DNA from: an uncultured delta proteobacterium
GTDB taxonomy: Bacteria; Desulfobacterota; Desulfomonilia; Desulfomonilales; Desulfomonilaceae
Direction: 5' to 3'
DNA length: 64,000 nt
Assembly (NCBI GenBank): GCA_963789265.1
Contig: CAWBKB010000001.1
Coordinates: 1,504,001-1,568,000, forward strand
The notes under the pieces are model-generated. The model was not told where the DNA came from and ran no database searches. It worked only from the letters and a program-made list of their open reading frames with translations. The translations under genes were made by a program, and so were the position numbers. Below, piece after piece: positions 9,959 to 19,666 of the stretch. Positions within the stretch are counted from its first letter, which is position 1; every line of letters starts with the position of its first letter.

Positions 9959-11092
9959 GTGGAATCCAGTAAAACCAATCAACCTACCAGTGGTGTAGTG
10001 GCTCAGCCACAGAAGAAGACGGTGTCGGCAAAAGAGATTGTAGCGGATATTAAATCAGGCATGTCCGACAGATCTCTTGAGCAGAAGTATCAACTCGATC
10101 AGAGCGGTCTCGACAATTTATTTAGCAAGTTGATCTCCGCGAAATTTATCACGGAGGAGGAACTACGTGGGCGAAGGAATGTTGTGAAAGACCAGACGAT
10201 TCCTGTTCCTTCCACTATACGACAAAATGGAACCGTTGCGATTCCTCAATCACAGACTACGACTACGAGCCTTATGTCGTTTGGCTTGCACGATGTGAAA
10301 ATCGTCGCAGTAGGAGCAATCCTGGGTGGAATCAGTGCAGCAGTAGTGACCTCATACTGGGGAACCGCAAAGACTTGGACAAAATGGCTGGGCAAAGCTC
10401 ATGGAGGCACATCTTGGAAATGGATCATAGCATGCGCAATCATCGGAGCAATCCTTGCCTTCTATGTGGACTGGATTCTGAAAAAACGGCGGATAATGAG
10501 GACTTCAAATCAACCACTACCCGTAACAAAGGCTTCCCAATCCGGTAAGGTCAGTGCGGAAGAGATCGAGAAAGCCATTATAATAATGCAGCGCGCCCGC
10601 AGGGACATGTTCGGTATTGCAGGCGACATAGGGATCCTTGGCATAGGCGCAGCAGGAGGCGGGATAGCCGCGACAGCGGTAGCAGCCTTCTTTGGGGCCA
10701 CAAGGATTTGGGGGGTTACCACGGCGGCAAGATGGATGGGATTCAGTTTTCACGGAGGTACACCTTGGAAATGGATCGTAGGGTGTGCAATCGTCGGAGC
10801 AATTCTGTCCTTCTCAGTTAGCAGGCTTGTTAGAAGTGGCGCACAAGGTGACGAACGGAGGAAGAGGAATATAGATGAACTGAAGAGAGAGATCGAGCAA
10901 CGAAGGAAAGCAGCCGAGAAGTCCACGGTGGATAAGGACAAGTTTGATAAGCTCGTACAATCCCTTACGATGCTCCTGAGCAATGGTAAAATGACTCCCG
11001 AAGAATCCGATGGACTCATCAACGGGATTAAGGGCGGCAACATAACCTACGAGTTTGCTTTTGCGTCCGTTGAAGAATACCTCAAAGAATAG
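9959..11092 (+). CDS. Membrane protein with N-terminal helical 'ADIKSG' domain, duplicated WKWI TM module and coiled coil
   Basis: GGGAGG RBS before in-frame GTG at 9959; internal repeat HGGTSWKWIIACAIIGAIL / HGGTPWKWIVGCAIVGAIL. Confidence 0.7.
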   Translation: MESSKTNQPTSGVVAQPQKKTVSAKEIVADIKSGMSDRSLEQKYQLDQSGLDNLFSKLISAKFITEEELRGRRNVVKDQTIPVPSTIRQNGTVAIPQSQTTTTSLMSFGLHDVKIVAVGAILGGISAAVVTSYWGTAKTWTKWLGKAHGGTSWKWIIACAIIGAILAFYVDWILKKRRIMRTSNQPLPVTKASQSGKVSAEEIEKAIIIMQRARRDMFGIAGDIGILGIGAAGGGIAATAVAAFFGATRIWGVTTAARWMGFSFHGGTPWKWIVGCAIVGAILSFSVSRLVRSGAQGDERRKRNIDELKREIEQRRKAAEKSTVDKDKFDKLVQSLTMLLSNGKMTPEESDGLINGIKGGNITYEFAFASVEEYLKE

Positions 11093-11134
11093 CTGCTTGG
11101 AGGGAGAAATAGTCCCCAGAGCGGGCTGAGTCCG

Positions 11135-11311
11135 ATGAAGAAAACCATACCAGTAGAAACGATCACTGCGGATATCAAGAATGGGATCCCGGACGCGGAA
11201 CTTATGAAAAAATACGGACTGCCGGAAGAAAGCTTAAAGAAGGTGTTTGACAGGCTGTTGAGGGCTGCGTGTAATGGGTCTCGTCACGCAGAGGTAGAGG
11301 TTAAAGAATAA
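11135..11311 (+). CDS. Stand-alone small helical domain protein (58 aa)
   Basis: MKKTIPVETITADIKNGIPDAELMKKYGLPEESLKKVFDRLL..., homologous to the N-terminal domain of the preceding gene; below the ORF-track cutoff. Confidence 0.65.
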   Translation: MKKTIPVETITADIKNGIPDAELMKKYGLPEESLKKVFDRLLRAACNGSRHAEVEVKE

Positions 11312-11352
11312 CGCTCCCGATGACCTGAAGGATCTCTGCAACGGTTGCAGAC

Positions 11353-11596
11353 GGGGAGGCAATGAGTCGTAGGAAAGCAATGATGGAACCCGGCGTTCAG
11401 GCAGACCCTCCAAAGGGGTCCCGTGAGAACATCACTCAGTAACCACTCTGAGCTACGGCAGGTGCGTTGGCTCTCTGGGGTATCCTCGACAGCCCTGGAA
11501 AAAGAAGGCAGCTCTCGTGGAGCCTGGACCTCTCCCAGTGAGGGTCGCGAGAGTAACGCCTCCGGTTCATTCCGGCGGGGTTGTTCGGGGGATACC
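11353..11596 (+). ncRNA. Putative structured non-coding element, family A copy 1
   Basis: Conserved blocks shared with 18487-18737; long-range complementarities and variable hairpins. Confidence 0.6.
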
Positions 11597-12046
11597 AAAA
11601 CTACTTCTAATGATGCTATTGGGCATCAACCAGAGTTTACAGGATTCTCTTTGATGAACTTCTGACGTAAGGGAATATATAGTTGGAGTCCTTTCAACTC
11701 TTCAGCATCGGCCAGCCAGTTTCGGGGCAGCCAATAAGCCTATTTACGGTTGATAGCCTTTTTCTGGGCTTTCCTTGGCTCCGTGCGCCTTCAGGAGTCG
11801 TACTATCTCGACTTCACCCCTTTTCGAAGCCTCCGCCACCGCCGTCTCACCCTTGGCATTGACATCCGCTCCCTTGTGTAGATTTTCAAATTGTATGGAC
11901 TGAAAAGGGGTGATTTTCTCAGAATAGATTGACCTGGGGAGAAAAAATATCAGAATAGATGGACGGGATGAATGAATAGGGCGGTGGCTTGACGGAGCTA
12001 CCGCCCGAAGCATGTACGGGCCATAAGGCCCCTCAAAGGTATTGTC

Positions 12047-12493
12047 ATGATAGTCTTCCTGTCTGTCTCCATCAAGGAGATTGTGGAGAGGGGGCGGGAT
12101 TTTCCCTGGCCCCGGCCCAAGAATTGCCCTCGGTGCGGCGGTACTCGGTTATGGGGTCATGGATTTGTCACTGCCATTTTCGATGGTTTTGTTACCCATG
12201 TTTTGCTCCGACGCTGGCGTTGTCCGGAATGCCGCTGCGTGGTGAGGATTCGGCCCAGCGGATATTTCCCTCGATTTCAGGCTTCTGTTGACACTATTCG
12301 TTCGTCCATTGCCTTTAGGCTGGCAAATGACAGATGGCCTGGAGATATTCCACGGTCCAGGCAAGGGCATTGGCTGAGATCTCTTAAAAGGAGAGTGAAT
12401 GCCTTGCTTGGCCAGAGATGGAGCAGACGTCTGCTGGAGGGTTTCGATGAGTTGATGCTCAAAAATGAGCCCCCGGTTTGCCGTCGCATCTAA
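12047..12493 (+). CDS. IS accessory zinc-ribbon protein (DUF6431-like)
   Basis: CPRC..WGHG..RWRCPEC. Confidence 0.85.
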   Translation: MIVFLSVSIKEIVERGRDFPWPRPKNCPRCGGTRLWGHGFVTAIFDGFVTHVLLRRWRCPECRCVVRIRPSGYFPRFQASVDTIRSSIAFRLANDRWPGDIPRSRQGHWLRSLKRRVNALLGQRWSRRLLEGFDELMLKNEPPVCRRI

Positions 12494-12598
12494 TCTGCGA
12501 AGCCCGTCGATCCGGTTGCACCCTACCGAAGAGTGCCGTTGTGCTGGGATTGTGTTCGGGGTACCACCCCAGGCAACATACCTAAGGAGGGAGACCCG

Positions 12599-13901
12599 AT
12601 GGACGAAGATGAGAAAAAGCGGATTGCGGCCTTCAGGTTTGGCGTGATTCACGACCTGGTGGGGAATGTGGAGCTGGAACCCGGTGAGCAGGAGCGCCTG
12701 ATACGGGAGAAGTGCGACCGGAAATGGGTGATACCCTTTTCACAGAAGACTCGTATTACCCGCAGCACAATTTTGCGCTGGGTGAAGCTCTACAAGGAGT
12801 CCGGCGGCAAATTGGAGGTGTTGGCCAACCGAGGGAGGTCTGATAACGGCAAGAGTCGCGCCATAGACGAAGAGACCAGTTTGGCTTTGATCCGTTTGAG
12901 GTATGAGCTTCCCAAGGCTACCATAGCCCGTCTCTTGCGTGAGATGAACAAGCGACAACTGGTCTCTCCGGGGCTAGTCCTTACTAGATCAACAGTACAC
13001 CGCTTCTTGAGCAGCAATGGTCTCATGAAGCAGAATCAGATCACGGCCGAAGACCGCAGACGGTTTGAAGCTGAACTGCCCAATGATCTGTGGCAGTCGG
13101 ATTGCATGCACGGGCCAAAAGTGGATCATCAGGGGAAGAATCGAAAGACCTATCTCATTGCTTTCATAGACGACCATTCCAGGTTGGTTCCTCATGCCGA
13201 GTTTTACCTCTCCGAGTCACTCCCGTCGTTTCTGAAAGCCCTTGAAGAAGCCCTCTTGACCAGAGGGCTACCCAGAAAAATCTATACGGACAATGGAAGT
13301 GCCTTTCGCTCCCATCATCTGGAACACGTCACGGCAAGCCTTGGGATTGCTCTCATCCATGCAAGGCCGTACAAACCACAGGGAAAGGGAAAAATAGAGA
13401 GGTTCTTCCGAACCGTGAGGGGGGACTTTCTGTCTTGCTTCAAAGGAAATACGCTTGCCGAGCTGAATCAAGCCCTGTTCTTCTGGTTGAATGACATCTA
13501 TCATCAGAGAATACACTCCTCAACAGGGCAAACCCCCTTTGCTCGGTTCACTTCAAGAATGGAATGCCTGAGAGAAGCCCCTCACAATCTCAAAGACTAT
13601 TTTCGCAAGACCGTGCGGCGCAGAGTAGCAAAGGACAGGACCATAAGCCTGGACGGAAGGATCTATGAAGCACCTGTCTCACTCATCGGGCGTCAGGTGG
13701 CCCTTCTGTACCACGAGGGGGAACCGGAGCGAGTAGAGATCATGCTCGGCGGGGTCTCCTACGGTATGGCCACCCCCGTAAACCTCCACGTCAATTGCCG
13801 GGTGAAGCGGGATAAGGTACAGCAGCATTAGACTGGAAGGCACGGAACAATCCGAAAAATACCAGAGTGGCGGCCTCTGGGGGAAGAGAGGCCGTAAATG
13901 A
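12599..13901 (+). CDS. DDE transposase (rve core + Mu-type C-terminus); apparent +1 frameshift at ~13816
   Basis: WQSD, FIDDHSR, YTDNGS, GKIERFF motifs; as given it stops at 13831; removing one G extends it to TGA 13899-13901, overlapping the ATPase ATG. Confidence 0.9.
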
Positions 13902-14707
13902 GTACCAATTACCGCTCATTTTTCGGTATGACTCGTGAGGCTTTCCCAACGGATATAAGCGTCAAGGACATCATGGAGACTCAAGATATCAAGGCTATCA
14001 AAGAGCGCTTTGATTATACGGTCAGGCTGGGGGCCATTGCGACCATCACCGGTGAGGTGGGATCGGGAAAGTCTACAGCGCTCCGGTACGTTATCTCGAA
14101 GCTTCACCCCTCAGAATACAAAACCCTCTGGATTACTGCCTGTTCAGGCTCGATCCTGGAGTTTTATCGGCTCTTTCTCGCTGAATTCGGCGTACACATG
14201 GCAGGCTCGTCAAAAGCGGTGATGGTACGCCTCATAAAAAAGGCAATACGGGAAATCATCCTTGAGAAGAAGATGAAAATCGTGCTGGTCGTCGATGAGG
14301 CGGGCCTATTGCGCCTGGAGGTCCTTGCCGAACTCCACACCATCACCCAATTCGAGGCTGACTCAAAACCCTGGCTCCCCATCATCCTTACGGGGAGGTC
14401 GAATCTCATCGACAAACTCATGTATCAAACATCCCTGCCGCTCGCTTCAAGGGGCGTCGCACGAACCCACATGGAACCTGTAGAAAGACAAGAGATGGAG
14501 CATTACCTACTCCATCACCTTGCTCTCACCGGCGTCAAATCCAACCTCTTCGATGATCCGGCCATCACAGCCATCCATCAAGGCTCAGGAGGAATATTCA
14601 GAAAGGCAAATCATCTGGCAAGAGGGGCTCTCATCGCAGCGGCCGACAGCCAATCTACCCTCGTTACCGCCGACCACGTCAGGCTGGCTGCCACGGAAAT
14701 CTTTTAA
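13898..14707 (+). CDS. ExeA-like AAA ATPase (transposition helper)
   Basis: Walker A GEVGSGKS, Walker B LVVDEA. Confidence 0.92.
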   Translation: MSTNYRSFFGMTREAFPTDISVKDIMETQDIKAIKERFDYTVRLGAIATITGEVGSGKSTALRYVISKLHPSEYKTLWITACSGSILEFYRLFLAEFGVHMAGSSKAVMVRLIKKAIREIILEKKMKIVLVVDEAGLLRLEVLAELHTITQFEADSKPWLPIILTGRSNLIDKLMYQTSLPLASRGVARTHMEPVERQEMEHYLLHHLALTGVKSNLFDDPAITAIHQGSGGIFRKANHLARGALIAAADSQSTLVTADHVRLAATEIF

Positions 14708-16097
14708 GCAACCAAAACCGGGCCGGACCACCAGGCCCGGTCCAGACAATCTGAAAAAAACAGGAGGATTATCCCAAATAATCAGAGAAAATCGGTCAAT
14801 CTAATGTGGGAAACAACACCTTGTCCAACAGAACCTTCACTGGTTCCACGTTACGACTACGTGAGGCCCACATCAGTGCTGTCCCACCATCCCTATCCTT
14901 GGCATTGACGTCCGCTCCCTTGTCCAACAGGGTCTTCAGCACCTCAACGTGACCAAACCACGAGGCATACATCAGTGCTGTCCTGCCAAAGAAACCGATG
15001 GCATTGACACCCGCTCCCTTGTCCAACAGAACCTTCACTGTCTCCACGCGACCAGATAATGAAGCCTCCATCAGTAATGTCAACTCACTCGGTGTCATCG
15101 CATTGACATCCCCACCTTCAGCCAAGAGACCTTCCACAGCAGCGGTGTCGCCTCTTCTGACAGCTTGATCTAAAAGAAAGTAGCTATCACGCTTGGCTTC
15201 ATGCTCTGAACAGAAACAGACTTCGATTTCAGCATGAGGATCACTCGGTTTGAAATCACTTATCTCGTATTTCACTTGTTTAGGGGAAATAAGTGTTTGA
15301 GTGCTTGTCGCCGGTTCTCCACGTACTCGAAAATTCATTTTGCTAGCCTGATTTCCATCTATAATAAAAACAGCCTTTCCTATCGTACCGTTCCAAAACG
15401 AACCTGTTCCGTAAATATACCTCGCGCAAATACCCTCGTATTTCGCCTTGTATCGCACGCGCGTCACCGTAGCAGAATGACCTGAAAACGTCACTTTCTT
15501 TGCCATCCAGTGATCGCCCGGAACCCCCGTGGGTTCGCCGTCTTCGTCTGAAAGAAACTTGTGGACGGAATCCCACAACCCCGGAAGATTACCTTTCTCA
15601 CTTACTTCTGTGAATTCTACTTCTTGGTCGTTAACCCAAGTTTCAAATTTAATAAATTGAAAGGTCTTACCAAAAACTTTCGGAAAACCAACCCACTCCG
15701 TGGTGGTTTCCCCAGCGTTAAAGAAGTGAAAGACAGCATCGACGATATAGCTATCGTACAGCAACTTAATAGTTACTTCTTCGGATTCCATTCTAATCGA
15801 TTGGTGGTGACCTTTTGGCGACGGACCTCCCCCAACTAATCCCATCGGCATCTCATTTGTTTCTCCCAGACTAGTGAAGAAAAGAGATGCCCCGCTCGCC
15901 AGGCACAAAAGAAGTACAAATAATCTCATGGGTATCCCCCGTAAAACCCATTGCCTGCTCAGTTTTAGTGTGAGCAGTCCCCCGTGACCGGACCCAGGCA
16001 AGAACCGGCGTGACGTTGATGAAAAAGTCCATTTTAGGCTGTTGCTAAATATACCTAGCCCTCCGCTGCTGCGTCAACCATTTCTTCCACCGCATCG

Positions 16098-16290
16098 TCA
16101 CCCGAACACCGTTCGGTAGTATCAAGCCAAAGCGAAGGCTGAAGCCACATGGACCTGCCACCTCCTACCGTGATATGCGACCTTCGCTCCGACTTTGATC
16201 AGACGCTTGACGAGCCATTTTAATGGCCGTTTGACTTCTTCGCCCGTCAAGTAGAATTGCCGGAGCATGTGCAGGAAGATCAGGAAACGT
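16098..16290 (-). pseudogene. C-terminal remnant of a transposase (IS1380-like)
   Basis: FLIFLHMLRQFYL..WLVKRLIKVGAKVAYHGRRWQVHVASAFALA*YYRTVFG; internal TGA. Confidence 0.6.
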
Positions 16291-16320
16291 AAACGTGTCC
16301 ACTCACGGTCACAGGCTAAC

Positions 16321-16540
16321 CAATGATTCTTACCTGTCCTTCGAAGGGACACCTAGCCTCAAGGCGTCACCGCATGTTGTCCTTCCGTACTCGTCATCTC
16401 GTTTGTCAGCTCCCCCAGCGGATATTCTCGACAAAATTGACCTCCTGAGAACCACGTAGGGCGACGATCTGGGTCAGAGCAAGGGGTAAGGCAGGGGGCA
16501 ACAGAGGTTGCGGGAAATCGCATCTGAGTGGCTCGTCTGC
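16321..16540 (+). ncRNA. Putative structured non-coding element, family B copy 1
   Basis: Homologous to 18772-18990 with conserved stems and swapped hairpin sequences; no shared reading frame. Confidence 0.55.
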
Positions 16541-16779
16541 TCGACCGAACCCGGTCCCTTTCTGCTTGACGGTTTTCACAGTCCCTTATACTGTCCGAAT
16601 TGTTCCAGCAGGCATCAAGCCGGTGCCATAGATATTCCGGGTATCAGGATTGTGCCTCCCGAGAAGCGCCGCGGGAGGAGAGCAGCTTACATTCTTGGAA
16701 TCCCTAGAAATGGAGGCTCAAAACGTCAAGTATAAGACACAGAGCCATACAAGGCATCAAAGCGGGGGACGAATTTTCG

Positions 16780-17205
16780 GTGTCACGCACTTTCACGGAA
16801 CAGGACGTGATGCAATTTGCGGACTTGTCCCGAGATTACAACCCCGTCCATCTGGAGGATCGATTCGCCAAGGCAAAGAAGTTCGGTGGAAGGATCTGTC
16901 ACGGTCTTCTCGTGGGGAGCATGCTTACCGAAATCGGTGGACAGATAGGCGTCCTCGCCTCTCATATGGACTTCGTGTTCAAGAAGCCGGTCTATTTTGG
17001 AGATACTGTGACCTGCTGTTGGACCTTCACTGAGATTGACCAGAAAGGTCGCGCCAAAGCACAGGTAGTGTTTCAAAATCAAGACGAGATCGTCGTACTC
17101 ACTGCCACTGTCAAAGGAATTATACCGGGCGTGCCGGAAAGAGCAATCTTGAAGGCTATGGTCGAAGAAGGAGATCCAACAAACAAGCTTTCCGGGAAGT
17201 TGTAA
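16780..17205 (+). CDS. MaoC-family dehydratase
   Basis: FADLSRDYNPVH...ICHGLL...FKKPVYFGD hot-dog fold motif. Confidence 0.88.
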   Translation: MSRTFTEQDVMQFADLSRDYNPVHLEDRFAKAKKFGGRICHGLLVGSMLTEIGGQIGVLASHMDFVFKKPVYFGDTVTCCWTFTEIDQKGRAKAQVVFQNQDEIVVLTATVKGIIPGVPERAILKAMVEEGDPTNKLSGKL

Positions 17206-17229
17206 GCCAGTGGGTTGATGTCACTAAGA

Positions 17230-17267
17230 TAACGCCTCCGCTAGTCGGCGGGGTTGTCGGGGGATAC
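17230..17267 (+). repeat. Partial (3' module) copy of family A element
   Basis: TAACGCCTCCG-ctagt-CGGCGGGGTTGTCGGGGGATAC matches 11554-11595 and 18695-18735. Confidence 0.7.
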
Positions 17268-17340
17268 GAAGACGATAGAATAATCACCATCGAAATCCCC
17301 AATCCTGCAGCCGAGCTATCGCTTCGTTCAAAACGCCTTT

Positions 17341-18405
17341 CTAATCTTCGAGGCGTGGCACTGTGTCTTCGGCAATGAGATCGTCAAGAATAGCAATCCC
17401 TTTGATCGGGTGTTCGTTGAGATGCGAGATCATGGGAAAGATGTGTTTCTGAGCAAACTCCAGAGCGAGCAGAACATGGCTGAAGAACCACGTCTTGTCT
17501 TGGGGCTCCCTGTCAGCCACATTCATGCACTCTAAGATTTGCTGCCATTTACTTCGCCGCTTCGACTTCTTACCTGCGAAAAGGCTCCTAGCCTGCCCGT
17601 GAGCAACTGCTGAGCGGATGTCATAAAGGTGTCCTAAGAGCGTTGTCATTTGCGTGAAATTGAGTTTTCGAGCCGTCTGATCAAAACCCCACAGATCAGC
17701 ATCCTTCACGAATTTGGTGTAATAGGCTGAGCCAATCAGTCTGAACTGCACAGAGATTTCTGCCGAGGCTCCTTGAACAAACAGACTTTCAAGACCGGCA
17801 ATCATGAGAACGACGGCTTCGCAGAGGTCCAAGTAATCGTAATAACGATATTTCCCAGAAAAACCGTTTATAGTCCAAAAAGACTTCTGGAGGAGCACGA
17901 TGCTCCCCGCCAAGGATTCGTTGCTGTGAAAGAGATCAAACCAGGCTTCAACAGAGGAATTAGAAGGAATCCAGTCCTGCTGATCGGGTCGCCGATTAAG
18001 CGAGAAACCGCTGTGAGAAGATGATTCCGTGAAAATCTCTTCGTCAGTGGCTTGGCCCTCTTTTTTTGGCTGGCCCAGCATGAAAAGCAGCTTCAGCTCA
18101 ATATCTTTTGGCAGATTCTTAGGATACGAGAAATAGAATATTTTCCGCGGACGACGATCATTCACGAACAAGGCAAGCAAAATGTTTTCCAAATCCTGGA
18201 CTGCTCGGTAAATCTCGGCGTCTTGAAAGTTGAGCCGAATTTGTCGGTTAAAAATCATGGAGAAGGAGCGGTCATCGACGCACCAATCGGCGAATCTGAA
18301 CGAGGAATATTTTGCAGTAGTGTAAGAGCCAGGCCCCACTACTGCCGAAAGCATAAAGGTTTCTTGCTCAATTTGCTGCCGCTTCAATGTTCCTACCTTC
18401 AACAT
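17341..18405 (-). CDS. HEPN-domain protein (ApeA-like C-terminal HEPN)
   Basis: IAGLESLF and LYDIRSAVAHG (RxxxxH) motifs. Confidence 0.75.
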   Translation of the reverse strand: MLKVGTLKRQQIEQETFMLSAVVGPGSYTTAKYSSFRFADWCVDDRSFSMIFNRQIRLNFQDAEIYRAVQDLENILLALFVNDRRPRKIFYFSYPKNLPKDIELKLLFMLGQPKKEGQATDEEIFTESSSHSGFSLNRRPDQQDWIPSNSSVEAWFDLFHSNESLAGSIVLLQKSFWTINGFSGKYRYYDYLDLCEAVVLMIAGLESLFVQGASAEISVQFRLIGSAYYTKFVKDADLWGFDQTARKLNFTQMTTLLGHLYDIRSAVAHGQARSLFAGKKSKRRSKWQQILECMNVADREPQDKTWFFSHVLLALEFAQKHIFPMISHLNEHPIKGIAILDDLIAEDTVPRLED

Positions 18406-18486
18406 CTCGGTACTGTCTTGGTCGTTGTGTTGGATTGGAGCTATAGATACGACATGGAAAGAAACTTCGCAATATGATGAAGCGAA

Positions 18487-18737
18487 AGGGAGGCGATTCT
18501 GCCCAGGAAGGAAATCACGGAACCCTCAAGTTCAGGCAACCGGCAACGGTGAGTGCAAACGTGACCGGGTACACGGGTACTGCGAAGGACCCACCCCCGG
18601 CTGGGACTTGACATCGCCTCTCAAGGGTATCTCCGACAGCCTTGGAAAAAAAAGGCCCCTCCGCGAAGCCTGAACCTCGAAAGAGTCGCGAGAGTAATGC
18701 CTCCGACGAAAATCGGCGGGGTTGTTGAGGGATACCC
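18487..18737 (+). ncRNA. Putative structured non-coding element, family A copy 2
   Basis: Same conserved blocks as 11353-11596; GCAA and GAAA tetraloop hairpins in the variable positions. Confidence 0.6.
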
Positions 18738-18771
18738 AAGTTCACTTGCCCTTCATGACTCACGGGTTTAC

Positions 18772-18990
18772 CCAATGATTTCTACCTGTCCTTCGATGGG
18801 ACACCTAGCCTCAACTCTCGGCACTTTGTCCTTCCGTACTCATCATCTCGTTTCTCAGCTCTCCCAGCGGATATTCTCAAAAGATGGACGCCCTGAGAAC
18901 AACGTAGAGCCACGATCTGGGGTCGGTGAAGGGTAAGGGTCGGGAGAAAAAGCACGACCCGCAAATCGCATCTGAGAGGCTCGTGGCTGC
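18772..18990 (+). ncRNA. Putative structured non-coding element, family B copy 2
   Basis: Homologous to 16321-16540. Confidence 0.55.
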
Positions 18991-19292
18991 CGCGCTTCAG
19001 GAGCGTATTGGAGAGGCATCGTGTCGCTACCGGAAGTGGGCGGAGGGACATTTCGGGTAGAATATCTCCCTTCGCTTTGTCATGCGGGTCCGCTTAATAA
19101 CCATCCTGAAAAAATATTCACCTTATTTCATAAGGGGATTTTGTATATTTCGACTCGCTGCAAGTTGCATTCTAAACATGTTGACTTACATTCTAGTCTA
19201 CCAACCTTGTCTCTCAGATAAGACGAACCTGCCAAACATCTCTGTCACGGAAAACGTCTTTCTTACATCAACACTCAATGGAGGTGTGCAAC

Positions 19293-19472
19293 ATGATACC
19301 GGAATACCCAGCATCCATAACAATAAGGGTTCCACATGACATCCGCTCACAGCTCGAATCCATGTCTCTGAGGGAGGATAAGCCCATCTCTCGCATAGTC
19401 AGGTCAGTTATAGCAGAGGGGCTGAAACAGAAAATGGCTCCTGACAATGACTTCATCGAACTCGAAGCGTAA
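19293..19472 (+). CDS. Ribbon-helix-helix (CopG/Arc-like) protein
   Basis: GGAGGT RBS; SITIRVPHDIRSQLESMS...ISRIVRSVIAEGL. Confidence 0.75.
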   Translation: MIPEYPASITIRVPHDIRSQLESMSLREDKPISRIVRSVIAEGLKQKMAPDNDFIELEA

Positions 19473-19666
19473 TCGAAAAAACAAAAACCCGGATGGGCTA
19501 AGTCCGGGTTTCACAAGAAGTTAGTTTTGGTGCCTTCTTTGCTTTGGAATGTAAGCACCTGTGGTCAGCAACAGCGGCTTGGGACCGCCATTACCGATGG
19601 GCTTTTGTATAGTATAGGCATACAGAGTGCAAAAGTCCATCGCCGGGTAACGATGGAGCGATATAA

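Larger units (their letters stand above)
11877..14818 (+). mobile_element. Complete insertion sequence copy 2 (2942 bp, three genes), TG...CA ends, 5-bp target duplication CCTTG
   Basis: CCTTG at 11872-11876 and 14819-14823; subterminal repeated TCAGAATAGAT(T/G)GAC boxes, with related boxes inverted at the right end. Confidence 0.93.
11744..15929 (-). pseudogene. Secreted DUF4424-like + ankyrin-repeat gene interrupted by IS copy 2
   Basis: ...VKVLLDK (to ~14819) rejoins GADVNAKGETAVAEASKRGEVEIVRLLKAHGAKE (11876-11744) once the IS and one CCTTG copy are removed. Confidence 0.9.

Noticed and set aside
1..14818. Composite transposon formed by the two IS copies
   Set aside because: Copy 2 has its own TSD on both sides and the copies are diverged, indicating independent insertions.
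17228..17260. Family A 3' module as an integron attC site (AAC...GTT hairpin)
   Set aside because: Only ~30 nt between AAC and GTT, no RYYYAAC/GTTRRRY consensus, and copy 2 has AAT; no IntI-like integrase recognised.
16321..18990. Hammerhead, HDV-like, group I/II intron or known riboswitch identity for families A/B
   Set aside because: No CUGAUGA/GAAA core, domain V or aptamer consensus that I can match by eye; needs cmscan.
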